DNA from: Octopus sinensis
Taxonomy: Eukaryota
Assembly: GCF_006345805.1 (NCBI RefSeq)
Contig: NW_021832231.1
Location: forward strand, 62,001-126,000
Length of the DNA stretch: 64,000 nt
Direction: 5' to 3'
The position numbers were made by a program, and so were the translations under genes. How positions within the stretch are numbered: the first letter of the stretch is position 1; every line of letters begins with the position of its first letter. Positions 49,333 through 61,471 of the stretch are shown piece by piece. The notes beneath the pieces were generated by a model. That model saw only the letters and a list, made by a program, of their open reading frames with translations. It searched no databases and was not told the origin of the DNA.

Positions 49333-49830
49333 TTAGTTGTGTTTTTGGTGTATTAAAAATACTACAAAGTATAGCCAATGCGTGTTCACTATTTCAAAAA
49401 ATCTGTTCCATTCAATTAGTCTGTCGTCATAAACAGTATCTTCCTGGTTTTCTCTATTCTCAATTTCCTCCTCCTCTTTCCAGATTAGGCTGTCTAATGT
49501 TAGAAAGTCATGAATGCAGCATTTCTTAAAGAATCGTTTCGCAGTGCTACATATTTCTACGACTGTTAAATCCATCCTGTTATTATTTTCTTGTTGATAA
49601 ACTTTGAGTTTGAATGCAGTAGTAATTAAGTTGCTCACTGGGTCATGTTGGGTTGCCTTGATTGAAACAGGAATGCTTCTCAACTTGGAGTATTTCTTTT
49701 GTTGTTTCAAAAGTTGAGTATTAATTCTCTTTAAGGAGAACATAAAAACAAAAATTTACCTAAAGTAAATAAGGAAATTCGAACTATAAACATTTTGTGT
49801 GCCCATCACTTCTCCAGCATATACAAAAGT
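49333..49830 (-). mobile_element. Possible pogo/Tigger-like DDE transposase remnant
   Basis: RFFKKCCI..LD..IW followed by an acidic tail resembles pogo C-termini (SFKKCGIS..LDG.ED.LW). Confidence 0.35.
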
Positions 49831-50149
49831 CCTAGCAATAATTTGTGTCAAATTCTACAACTGAAATTAGAATTAGGAATAATCATCCTCCAAGTGAAGT
49901 CATTGTTAGATCTGGTGACGAAAGAGAGCCTGTAGAAATAGTGACAAGACCTGCAAGTAGACAAACCGATCAATTTTTAAGGATACTGCAAAATCAACTT
50001 TGCTGACCATTTGAGCTAGTTGAAACTTAGACAAAATTTACATTTGATCTGTACAAATGAATTTAATACTTACGATTTCGTTATTATTAAGATGATTTTA
50101 ATAATTTAATTTAATCGATTTTGATAGCATCCTTCATTTGTTTTTCGTT

Positions 50150-50284
50150 ATGGTTAATAAAACGCGTAAATGGGATGACTTATATGTGCAATATGGATTC
50201 ACCAAATCTTTTGGAACAGGAAATGTGGATAAGGCGCAGTGTATGTTGTGCGATGCTTTAATTGGAAACAATTCATTAAAACCT
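50150..50284 (+). mobile_element. Buster-type hAT transposase, 5' half (BED finger) - element A
   Basis: MVNKTRKWDDLYVQYGFT..KAQCMLCDALIGNNSLKP; ends in TSD copy CAATTCATTAAAACCT (50269-50284); left TIR not found. Confidence 0.8.
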
Positions 50285-50720
50285 TTTTTTTCCTCAAAAG
50301 GATTTTATTTATGTAAACCAAAAGAGAAATAGTCATTGGCAGATAGCCAGAGTATTGCCTCTGACTATTGCTATAGATATTCTTTCGATTAAATACCGGT
50401 GCTCACACGGGTCGCCGGTAACCCTTCCGATTAATGAGGCAATGCGCTGGAGTAGGGTCCGAGTAGAAGGCCCCTGTATTCCCGACGTCTCAACAGCCAG
50501 GGGGACAAACACTCTCCCATTCCCAATTCCAGCGTATTTCTCAGCTTTTCTCTTCTCTGCCCGTTCAGACGGGGCTCCAGGATTCTCGATGCATAATTTG
50601 ATGTTCTGATTGGAAAAGGAGTTCACACACGTGACGTCCCAAACCAGACACTTTCCCCTCTGGAATGGAAATGTGGTCATCCCATCGGGTCTTCTGCCGT
50701 CCTCTACGAAAATCAGAGGG
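50285..50720 (-). mobile_element. CRE-like (RLE-type) non-LTR retroelement 3' end, copy 1
   Basis: DGRRPDGMT..G.CLVWDVTC..AEKRKAEKY..FVPLAVETSG..ISIAIVRGN* (PD..D restriction-like endonuclease); short A-tail. Confidence 0.85.
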
Positions 50721-51082
50721 AACAAAACATAGGGAAAAAAGAAAGATGTAAGTCAGTATTTGAATAAAAAGAACAATCTTCAAAAAGAAAAACGCCAGAT
50801 GTAAGCAAAACTCAGGAATATTTGCGTCTAAAACTTAATTATACACAAAAATGTTGAAATTTAGGTAAACTTTAAACAAGACCGACATTAAAAAAAAGTA
50901 AATGATCATTTTAAGGAAGAAGTAAAGGGAAATATTATAAAAATTAGAATACCTACTACACTTTTAATGAAATCTACAAAATAACTTAAATTCAAGTTCA
51001 TAACTATTACATTTAATAAACCACGTTACTTAATGAGTTTAAATCGAAAAATATTTTAAATGTATTAAGTTACATAATTGGA

Positions 51083-53423
51083 CTAAAGTTTTGATTGATA
51101 TTTATATGCGGAAAATCTCAAAGCAGCCAGATAAAAACCTTGAAACAAATTTAAGAATACGAAGATAAATTGCAGAAAAACTGAATGGTGATACTTTATG
51201 AAAAAACCAAAAACCCAAGTTATGCCTTAAAAAATAAAAATAATTTACCAAAAAAGAATATTAATCCGAATAGCAAAAAAAATTCTTTAAATTTTGAAGA
51301 GGTGTTTTTTGAAAATGATTTTTTTTGTGTTCTATTCTTATCGAGAGTAATAAAGATGAGTATGAAAATAATGACATTAATAGCTAAGCAAATAGCAATA
51401 GGGAAGTATAAGCCCAAATATAATGCAAGTCCATTAAGCCAGCATCTAAAAATGAAGTTAAACAAAAACATTTGTTTTTGCATATACATTTTCCAATTAA
51501 TAGCAGATATGATGATTGGTGGAATGATGGGAACGCCTAGTTGATTTTATTATTAGAAACTGACCCCAAGCAGTACAAAATGCAATTTTTAAAAAATCGA
51601 CTGGAATATTTCCAAAAACTCGAACAAATAAATAGTAGAAAAAAACCCCTTCTACTGTCATCCAGGCAAACACAGACAGCAGTAAATAATGCAGTAGGAA
51701 TCCAACTGCCCCACAACTCCTATTTTTACCGAACTCCATCCCAAAAGCAAAAACAAGGTTCATCAGAAGCATTGCAATGCATAAATTTAAAAATAAATGA
51801 AATGAATAAGATTTATGTCCATTTCTGAAATTTAAAGTAATCACATGACCTCCAAGACACAATCGAGTAAATAATGACGACAATCTCTGTTATTATTGAT
51901 ATTGCAAGACCAACATTTGTAAGAATGCTCAGCCATTTATATTCTTTTACTATAGACGGGTCCTATATGCAATAATTATTTCACAAAAAATACAAAAATG
52001 ACTGCAAAATTAGTCAGATGAGTACACGTACATTGTATCCCATTTTTTGTAATCTTACTGGTGCATCCATTTGACTTCCAGTCTTGTGTGGACACATTCA
52101 GATATACACAAACTGATTTTATAGTGAAATCTTATTTATTTTTATACAAATATACTTCCCGGAAACTCAAGTTTTATTTTCAAATTGTGAATCGGTTCGT
52201 TAGTATTCACCAATATCCCCACAACAGATGTCTGAAGCTTTGATTTATTAAAAATGTTAAAAAGTTCATCGTTCTTCCAAAAAACAAATGCTATTTTTAG
52301 TTTTGCAGATTCTTACAGGTAAAATATTTTATTTTACCTTCTACTAAATCCTGAAGATGTTTTTTGTCAAATTTTATTTTAATTGCGGATTCAGTATTAT
52401 CTAGAATCGACGAATTTATGTTTGTTCTGTTCAAAGTCAACAACTTTGCATCAAAATTTTCTAAACTAAATCTGGTTGTGCCGGGTTTGGCATCAGTAGA
52501 AATTATTATATTTGTTATGGTCTTCATAATTCTAATTAAATTAAAAATTATGTATGACTTGATGTTTGTTGATTTCACCATTTCATCAGAAACTGTGGAT
52601 TTGGAATAAGACAATTGATCGCTGATTTTAGAAAGAATTGCCTAAATGCAATAATAATTTGGTTGCAATTGTTTTATACTGTAAACAAAAAATACCTGAC
52701 TTTCTTTTTCCGTCAAGTTATTTTTTGCATTTGCATAATTCAAAAACTGGTTAATGTTATTTACTTCCTATTAATTATTTTCAGTACTCCGGTTCACCTC
52801 ATTTGTGCTTTCGACTTGGATTATCTGAAAATTCCTAAATATGTCGTAATTGCATGTTACAGTTCTTGATTCTTTTACAAACAATAATTTTATTATTACC
52901 ATTTCCATTTTTACATTCTTTAATGTCACCTTTTGAAATAGAATCTATGTTAGGACAATAATCGTGGATTTTTTCACAGTTTGAAATATATTGATCGTGT
53001 TTATTTTGAATTAAATAACCGAAATATCTGTCATGACAGTCCCTAAGCTGCAAAAACATCCATGGGCAGTAAGTCAAATCATTTATATATCTAAAATTAA
53101 ATTATTAATTAGACTTTCCGTCCAAACTGTAAACATTAGTCCCATAAGCATAAACATTCAATTCAGAGAAGTTCACAGTTCCAAGCCATCCTAGATCTAA
53201 AAAAAATGTGAATATAATTACCATCACTAATGTTAATATTCAATCATTTTAAAATATTCTTCATATATTGTTATCGGTTTGTAATTTGTACTCCATAAAC
53301 TCATGTATTCAAACCATGTAACATTTTTAATCTTTATGTAGTCATATGAAATAACTATAATAAATAATTCTCAAAATTACTCCAGTTTTCATAAATAAAC
53401 AAAAATAAGATGAAAGTAAACAT
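51083..53423 (-). CDS. Adhesion GPCR (signal peptide, Cys-containing ectodomain, GPS, 7TM); possibly pseudogenised
   Basis: GPS CVY..W.SNGC..CTCTHLTNFAVI; LNLCIAMLL; CGAVGFLLHYLLLSVFAWMTVEG; AWGVP; CWL; GITWVFG; NLFQGF; apparent frameshift near 53235. Confidence 0.85.
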
Positions 53424-54317
53424 TCGTATTTTTATACTTCGGATTGGAATATATAGCTAGCGACAATTTTAGAATAATGACAACCGCTAACCATTTTTTT
53501 ATTGCTGTACATCGAGTTGACATTTGATCGTATAAAATAATTGCTTCGGTTCTGCGAATCTGAAATTTTTTAATAAAATTGGTATATATTTGTTTAATTT
53601 ATTTATTGAGAAATCGTTGAATGATCGTATCAGTTCGAATGTTTATTTTGAAAAAAGCATTTAATGTTATTTCGATTTGATTATTGTATAAAATACACAT
53701 TGTCATTACCAATATGAATTAGAATTATTGTGGTTAGCTTAAATTCTAGGAATTCGCATGAGTTTTTAGAATTTTATCAAACCGGAATACACATTAACTC
53801 CCACAACTACGTTAAACGTGATCATGCATAAAAGATTACTGTTCTGCAACAGCCTTGTTAACAATCGGCAAACAGCCAGACGAGAAAGATTAAATCACTA
53901 TCTTTGAGAAGATCAATTGCTCGAGCATACATTTTATGGTCTTTTGCGTCCCAAGTAGAAAATACCCAACACAAATCATGTGCAAGAATACTCTTTGTCA
54001 CGTGTTGTCGCTGCGACACAGTATTGAGAATAAAATTGAAATATTTTTTAAAAACAACCACTTGTGATAAAAAGCGCAAATAGTCCGACTATTTTCTTTA
54101 TGATCGGTTAGGATGTGTTTATTTTTGTATTGAGGTCAAAAAAATAATACAAGAGCAATAAAAGGTGGTAAAACATGTTCAAAGAAAAATACAAATGATT
54201 AACCAGAATAAGATTATCGAACTGAATATATAATCTCTCACCTGGGTCAATTTTAGGTATGATTTTGATTGGAAGAGGAAGGCTGCTATGGTTTTTTTAT
54301 CTTTGTGATGTGTAGTG

Positions 54318-56576
54318 CAGGGGTCGGGAAAAATTTTTAGAGAAGATTTAATTTTTGACATTCTTGTAAATTTCTATAAATTAAAGAGCCATCTTTTACT
54401 ATTTTTCCAATTAAAAATTCAATAATAATTATGAATTTATTAAAAAATTAATTATTCTCATTAATGAGAAATGTGACTCCTCATTTCTTTGGATAGTTAT
54501 CTAATGTCTGGATCGTAACTTGTCAATTTTAATCTGAGGTTTGATTCTAGATTCAGTTCTGTAATTTTGTTTTTTATTTCGATTTGATATACAGTAAACC
54601 AAAAAAAAACGAACACTACATTTTTCCTAAAATTTCCAAGAAACGAATCAAAAAAAATCTAAATAGAATTTTAACAATAATAAACAAATAAAAACTAATA
54701 TTTTTATTTTTGCAAAAAAAATATATTTACCGCCTTTTTACGGCAAAAGTATAATCTGAACCAAAATAAAAAACGAACAAAATTTTTTATTTGTAAATGT
54801 TATTAAATATATGATTTTTTTAAAAAATTATTAATATTTGGGACGCTATAATAACTTATTATGGCCAGACAATTGAGTTTTGAAGAAAAGGGAACAATTA
54901 TCGGTATTTACAAATGCGGAGAGACGTATCGCGAAATACAACGTATAACTAAAAGATGGTGTAAAAGATCACTTGATACCATATCGAAAACAATTCGAAA
55001 ATATAAACAAAATATTCCATGCACAAGAAAATATGGTTCTGGTCGTCCCCGGCTCCTAAATGAAGAAGATTTTTAAAAAATCAATAAGGCAAGGATTGAA
55101 GATCCAAATTTTAATTGCGTAAAATATGCGAAGGCATTGAAAGAAGAAACTGGGAAAATGTAACACCTGAAACAATCAGAAATACACTAAAACAAAGAGG
55201 TTTCAAAGCATTTCCGCCTACTAAAAGACCACATCTTACTAAAAAACACAAAGAACGAAGAATGGAAATCTGTCAAAGATGGAATATGCTATTGGAATCA
55301 CGTTATATTCAGCGACGAATGCAAATTCAACTTAGTAAACAACGACGGACGAAGATTTGTATAAAGACAACAATCCGAAAAGTTTGTTTCCGTAATATTA
55401 CTGAAACCGTAAAATTTGGAAAAGGAAGTGTGATGATATGAGGTGCATTTACGTCTGAATATTTTAGTAATCTGGTTTGAATAAAAAAAATAATGAATGG
55501 ATCATTGTATGTTAACATTTTGGCAAACAATTTGTTGCCATTTCTGGAAAAAATTAGGATTATTGATCCAATTTTTCAACAGGACAACGACCCAAAACAC
55601 ACATGTGACCAAAACCAAAGACCCAAAATATTCTTTGAGACTAATAATATCGAATTGCTACCTTGGCCAGCGCAAAGCCCGGATCTTATCCCCATTGAAC
55701 ACGTATGGAGCTATATGAAGGCAAAAATAAGGGGGAAATCGTATTCCAAAAAAGAGGAACTTTTTGAAGAATTACAAAAAATTTGGAATGAGATAGGAGT
55801 GGATTATGCAAAATCATTGGTAGAGTGAACGAATATTGTCTGTAATTGCGACACGTAGTGGGCATACTAAATTTTAATTTGTAAATACAATTTTGTTCGT
55901 TTTTTATTTTTGTTCAGATTATACTTTTGCCGTAAAAAGGAGGTAAATATATTTTTTTTTGCAAAAAAAAATGTTATTGTTTATATATTGTTAAAATTCT
56001 ATTTAAATATTTTTTTTGATTCGTTCTTGGAAATTTTAGGACAATGTAGTGTTCGTTTTTTATTTTGGTTTACTGTAAGTTAGAAAACTATAGTTGTTTT
56101 TAGATAAAGGTATATTATTATCTTGATCAAGATTTTTGTCTGAATATTTTTAGCAAGTTTTTCCAGTTTTCTTTTGCGAGTAACCCACTAAATATTTTTG
56201 CAAAATTCGCGTGCTTTGTGTTAAAATGGTTCTCTAAATTTGATTTTTTGTTTCGATTTAAAGTTTTCTGACAAATAAGGCATTCTCGTGGTTGTTTTAA
56301 ATTAGATGTGAATGCAAAAGATTCAGTCTAATTTGATTGAAAATGTCGCGTATTATCAATTTTTGTATTTCTAGCCATATATAAATTTAAAATTGAGATT
56401 TAATGGTCACCCCAACGACGCCGCATTGTGTATTGAATGACAGTTTCCGCGGAGCACGGCGACCGAGATTTTCTGAAAAAGCCAACCCGTCTCTTTCTAG
56501 TGGCTTTTTTCAAGAAGAGCCTAGTTAAGATTTAAAAGCCACCAAAGCCTAGCAAGCCAGCTTTTGCCGACTCCTA
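54318..56576 (-). mobile_element. Internally deleted SPIN/GTF2IRD2-like hAT element hosting the Tc1 insertion
   Basis: Ends CAGGGGTCGGGAA / TTGCCGACTCCTA; minus-strand RHFQSN*TESFAF..CLICQK..KKSNLENHFNTKH and C-terminal LESNLRLKLTSYDPDI..SH*; left flank GTGTAGTG (nnnTAnnn), right flank only 5/8 match. Confidence 0.65.
54592..56075 (+). mobile_element. Tc1 transposon, IR/DR type, defective transposase (54861-~55870)
   Basis: TA TSDs; ~200-bp inverted repeats starting CAGTAAACC with inner repeats of ACCAAAA.AAAAAACGAAC; GSGRPR, FSDECKFNL, FQQDNDPKH, WPAQSPDLIPIEHVW. Confidence 0.93.
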
Positions 56577-56921
56577 AAGTGGTGGATTCCTGGGTTCCCC
56601 AAATCACAAATAACAAGTAGATTTTGACCAAGGATTCAAGAGTTAAGGGAAATTCTGAAAAACGTGAATTAATGGTGAATATTTACTGCCTAATTAATAT
56701 GTTGAGCATCAACCAACCGTATACTCAATTCCTTGCGTTTGATTTAAAGCGTTTTGTCATAATTCTTTATATCATTTCAATATGTGGCATCAAGTTTAGG
56801 CCACCAATAAACCAAGTTTCATATAAATAACGAAAATGCAAGCTGTTATTAATTTGATTTACCCAAGTGCTCGAAGTAGCAAATTTTCACCTTTTACTGA
56901 GGCTTGTAAGCAAGTCTAAAC

Positions 56922-59095
56922 CAGTGTTTCTCAACTTTTTTTTCCCTGAGGCCCATTTTCAGGGTCATATAAAAACTCAGGCCCATTGCCTTTAATAAAA
57001 CTTTGATTAACAAAAAAGTATTTTTATTAACATAAAAAATCTTATTAAAATGTCAATGACTACACTGCTCTTGATGTCTATCTATCAATTTGTCAAGTTG
57101 AATTTCCAGATCTTGGTTCAACCTCAAACGTAAGTCTCCTCTCTTCTCAATCTGCAATTGATTGCGTTTTTTTGTGAGTAAATCGTTTGTTGCAGAAAAT
57201 CCTGTCTCAACCAACCAGTGGTGGGAAAGCCAAGTACAAACGGAACAACTTTTTCAAAGAGTAATGGATGAATCGATTCTACTTTCATCCATCCATATAA
57301 GCCATCCCTTTCAATATTTTTCATAATACTTTGTTCTCCTTCAGTTCAAGAAGTTCTCCAGCAATAATAGGATCAATGTCTTTTTCACTTAATACGTCAA
57401 AATGTGCTATATCTATAATCCAACTAGGCGGATTCATTTCGATGATATCTTTAATCTTCTAGTCATATCTTCTTTCAAGCATTTCAAGTGGTCAGTGCAG
57501 CTTGCGATTACTTCTGAGCTCGGAGCAGTTTTGGCAAAATTACAAAATAAGCAAATTCATTTTTTTGAAGATGCATCTTCCAGAGACATAACTTGTTCAA
57601 AAAAGAGCGTACTTTCTCAGCACTATCTATCAGATTAGCATTTCGCCCTTGCAGTGTCATGTTCAGTTGGTTGACATGTGCGAATAAGTCAGCCAGGTAA
57701 AAAATCCTTGCTTTGTATCGTTGTTATTTATCACTGAAAACAAAGTCTCAGCTTTATCTTTCTGCTTCTTGCTACAAGCTTGTGTTTTCATGTCATGAAC
57801 AAAAATAAGAACCATATCCCACATTTCAGCAAGACGAACTAGGGAATTTCCTTTGGAAAGCCATCTCACTTCAGTGTGCATGAGGAGTCTCTGGTGGTCC
57901 TCATGTTCACATAAATGTTGAAATAGGCGGTCATGCAAAGCATTGGCTTTGACAAAATTCACTGTTGAAACAGCGACTTTCAATGCATGTTCCATGTCAT
58001 CATTGAGAGATTTAGCACAAAGATGTTCTCGATGGATGATGCAATGAATTGCCAATATATGAGGGGCAACTTTTTTTAATTTAGCTACAAAGCCATTCTG
58101 TTTGCCGGTCATAGCGCTGGCACCGTCTGTTGCAATCTGCAACAGATTTGACAGAGGGATCCCATTATCGTACAGATAGTCGTAAACAGCCGCATATATA
58201 GTGTCGCTTCGTGTGTCAATCAACTTTTTTATAATAACATTTCTTCATGAATTGCCATTGCATCAATATATCGGACATAAGTAAGTAATAAGGCAGAATT
58301 GTTGATTGTTGTCTCATCAATTTGTAGTGAGAACTTAGAAACTTTTAATTTTTCCACAAGCTGTTTCTCGAGGTTTTCTGCCATTTCAATTTGCCTTCTC
58401 TTCACTGTGTCATTAGACAATGGGATTTTTTGTAGAATGTTGGCAGCCTGTTCTCCTAGCAGTTCTTTAGCACAGATCAACATTGCTGGCTTCACCAGAC
58501 GTTCTGCAATTGTATGTGGCTTCCCCACCTTAGCAACCAGTTCACTCACTGCATAACTGACTTTTAGTGTCTTGTTATTATGCTCATTTGCTTTTTTTAA
58601 GCAGAATTCTAAAGTTTTTGGAGCATTCTTTTGCGTAACTCCACTTTCTTCCTGAAATAGCTGCGCTCCTTTCCAACAGAAGCAGGATGCTTCAACTGTT
58701 GATGGGCGAACAATTTTGATTTCTTCATGGAAACATTTGTCATTACTAAGCCACAGTCCACACATTCAGGCCTCTTAGAATCAGCACTTGATGGGATGAA
58801 GCCTAGTAATAAAAAATCAGTCTGGTATTTGCGTGTAGTCTTCTTCTTTTTTCCTTGTGTACTTTTGACATGAACTATACAATCAGGCCTATAATATTTA
58901 AATTTAAATATGACAATATCATTAAATTAAAAACAAATCAAATCAATTTGAAAATAATAACGAATAAAGATTTATTAGTATTAGTATTAACATATTTTCT
59001 TTGAGGCCCACTCCAGGCCCAATTAAATCTTCAGGCCCATTTCAAAATTTCTCAGGCCCACAAGTGGGCCTGGGGCCCAACGTTGAGAAACACTG
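56922..59095 (-). mobile_element. Full-length Buster-type hAT transposon with frameshifted transposase
   Basis: 14-bp TIR CAGTGTTTCTCAAC; perfect 8-bp TSD GTCTAAAC (56914-56921, 59096-59103); AGGCCCA subterminal repeats; FSLQIDETT, ATDGASAM, HCIIHREHL, HTEVRWLSKG. Confidence 0.95.
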
Positions 59096-59135
59096 GTCTA
59101 AACGACCCAAAAAGCCTCTCTACTTTTGCTTAGAC

Positions 59136-59525
59136 TTTTTTTTTCTTACTTATTTTATTCTATTTATGTAAACCAAAAGGGAAATAGTCATTGGCAGATA
59201 GCCAGAGTATTGCCTCTGACTATTGCATAGATATTCTTTCGATTAATACCGTGCTCACACGGGTAGCCGGTAACCCTTCCGATTAATGAGGCAATGCGCT
59301 GGAGTAGGGTCCGTAGAAGGCCCCTGTATTCCTGACGTCTCAACAGCCGGGGACAAACACTCTCCCATTCCCATTCCAGCGTATTTCTCAGCTTTTCTCT
59401 CTCTCTGCCCGTTCAGACGGGGCTCCAGGATTCTCGATGCATAATTTGATGTTCTGATTGGAAAAGGAGTTCACACACGTGACGTCCCAAACCAGACACT
59501 TTCCCCTCTGGAATGGAAATGTGGT
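59136..59525 (-). mobile_element. CRE-like retroelement 3' end, copy 2 (direct repeat of copy 1)
   Basis: Near-identical to ~50305-50678 with small indels; different tail junction; 5'-truncated exactly at the TSD. Confidence 0.88.
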
Positions 59526-60710
59526 CAATTTATTAAAACCTGCCAATTTATTAAGCGTTCGGCTCACTCTGATAATACAGATAGTCTTGATGTTTTTAAA
59601 TTAAAACGAATCAAATATGATGATCACGGGACCCTTACATCATATGTATTGTCCCGGACCGCAAAATTATATATGGAGGTTTCATATGAGGCCTTTTTAA
59701 CAAGAATTATTTGTAGATTGCTCGACTTATAGCCAGAAACAAAGTATTTCATTGTTCTGGAGAAAAACTAATAAAACCAGGTGCGTTACTAATGATTGGG
59801 AAAGATGTTGAAAAAGAATTTAAGAATATACCACTTTTGAATGATACCATCTCTCTATTAATGAGATGTCAAAAGATTTGCTAGAACAACTAATTTTTTG
59901 TATTCACCACAGTCAATTTCCAATAAGCATCCAGTTGGATGAATTTACAGATATCAGTTCAATGTGCCACTTAATAGCATTTTTTCGATTTGTTAAAGAC
60001 GATTCTGTCGTGGAAGAGTTTTTATTTTGTTTGGAATTGACAGGAAGAACACGAGGAAATGATATGTTTCATCTCTTTTCGTCTTTCCTTGTTTCCAATA
60101 ATATTCTCTGGACTAAAGTTGGGTCGATATGCACTGATGGAGCACCTGCCATGCTCGGACATTGATCTGGTTTATTGCACTGGTTAAGGATGTCGCACCT
60201 CATATCATCGCAAACCATTATGGAATACATATGTATGCTCTTGCTGTAAAGACGATGCCTCAAGAATTGAAAATTGTTCTTGATTCGACCGTAAAGTCAG
60301 TTAATTTTATTCGTGCGAGGGCGACTAATCATAGGCTTTTTAAATTATTGTGTGAAGAAATGAACATTCAGTACTAATTTTCCACACTGAAGTTCGGTGG
60401 TTGTCATGAGGAAGGGTGCTTAAACGGGTTGCCAAACTAATTGGTGCACTCACTACTTTTTTACAAGAAATAAATAATATAGAACTTGCCAATATGTTCG
60501 CAGATTATGCCTTCAAACAAAAGTTATTCTATCTTGCTGATATATTTGGAATAATAAACGAATTAAATTTATCCATACAAGGTAAATCTTTCTTTTTTTA
60601 TCCTGAAGGTAAAGCATAGAAGTTTTTGAAAAAGTATCTGAATTTAAGCAAAAGTTGAATTTATAGAGGAAAAAATTAACTAAAAATGTTATTCCCATGT
60701 TTCCGATGTT

Positions 60711-61471
60711 TATTTATTTATTAAACACCAAGATGCAATTCGAGACCGATCTCTATGGACATCCTGGAGTCCAGATGGCGACTCTTTGGACACATATTAA
60801 GACTTGACAGCCTCACTCCGCCGATATCGCGATGGAAAACTACTTTGCCCATTCCAAGGAGACTTCCGGGAAGACCCAGGTCCTCTGGCTACCACGCTAA
60901 ATGAAGATCTAGCTGGAATTAATAAAAAACTGAAAAATGGCGATGATCTCGACTCACTCAGGACGATCGCAACTGACCGGAGAGCCTGAGACGCATGACC
61001 GGGAGAATTTCATGGTGGCACAAGGAAGCTTAATTAACTTGTGACTTTTCCGAAAGTGCTTTTAATAATAATAATAAACACCAGACCACAGTTAAGACCA
61101 AACTAATTAGCGTGTGATCCCGACGCACTTCGACGGAGATCCTCCGGAAGTTCATCCTATGCAAGTGCATCGTCCTGCGCGACGATGTCCCGGGAGAGGA
61201 GAGCTATTGGTCCTTTTTCGGTGAGCATTAGGTGCCCCCTCGGCGTTTCAAATCATCTCGAAATCTCCAAGTGAATTTGGTGGACCACGTAACGCCTTTC
61301 TAAGGCCGGATAGGAAGGAGATCCTTTTTGACATACTGTGTCGTGCCAGATGTACTCGTCACCTCACAGGCAAAGGAACTTCGACGAGATTAACCCCGAC
61401 TCCAAAGTAGCCTCTTCTGGATTCGAACCCACGACGGCTGAATTCCAGTATCCAGAGCATACTCTTCAGCC
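60711..61471 (-). mobile_element. tRNA-derived SINE inserted in hAT element A
   Basis: Minus-strand head TGGCTGAAGAG (A-box-like)..GGTTCGAATCC (B-box); (TAAA)n tail; ATGTT at both flanks; removal restores FPM-LEELIG in the transposase. Confidence 0.7.
60731..61074 (+). mobile_element. 5'-truncated RTE-like LINE nested in the SINE
   Basis: RWRLFGHILRL..DDLDSLRTIATDR; (TAA)n tail; TSD TAAACACCA at 60722-60730 and 61075-61083. Confidence 0.85.

Noticed and set aside
50285-59525. LTR retrotransposon, with the two ~400-bp direct repeats as LTRs
   Set aside because: The repeats encode an RLE domain with A-tails, lack TG..CA ends and have unequal boundaries; there is no gag/pol inside and the TSD is 16 bp rather than 4-6 bp.
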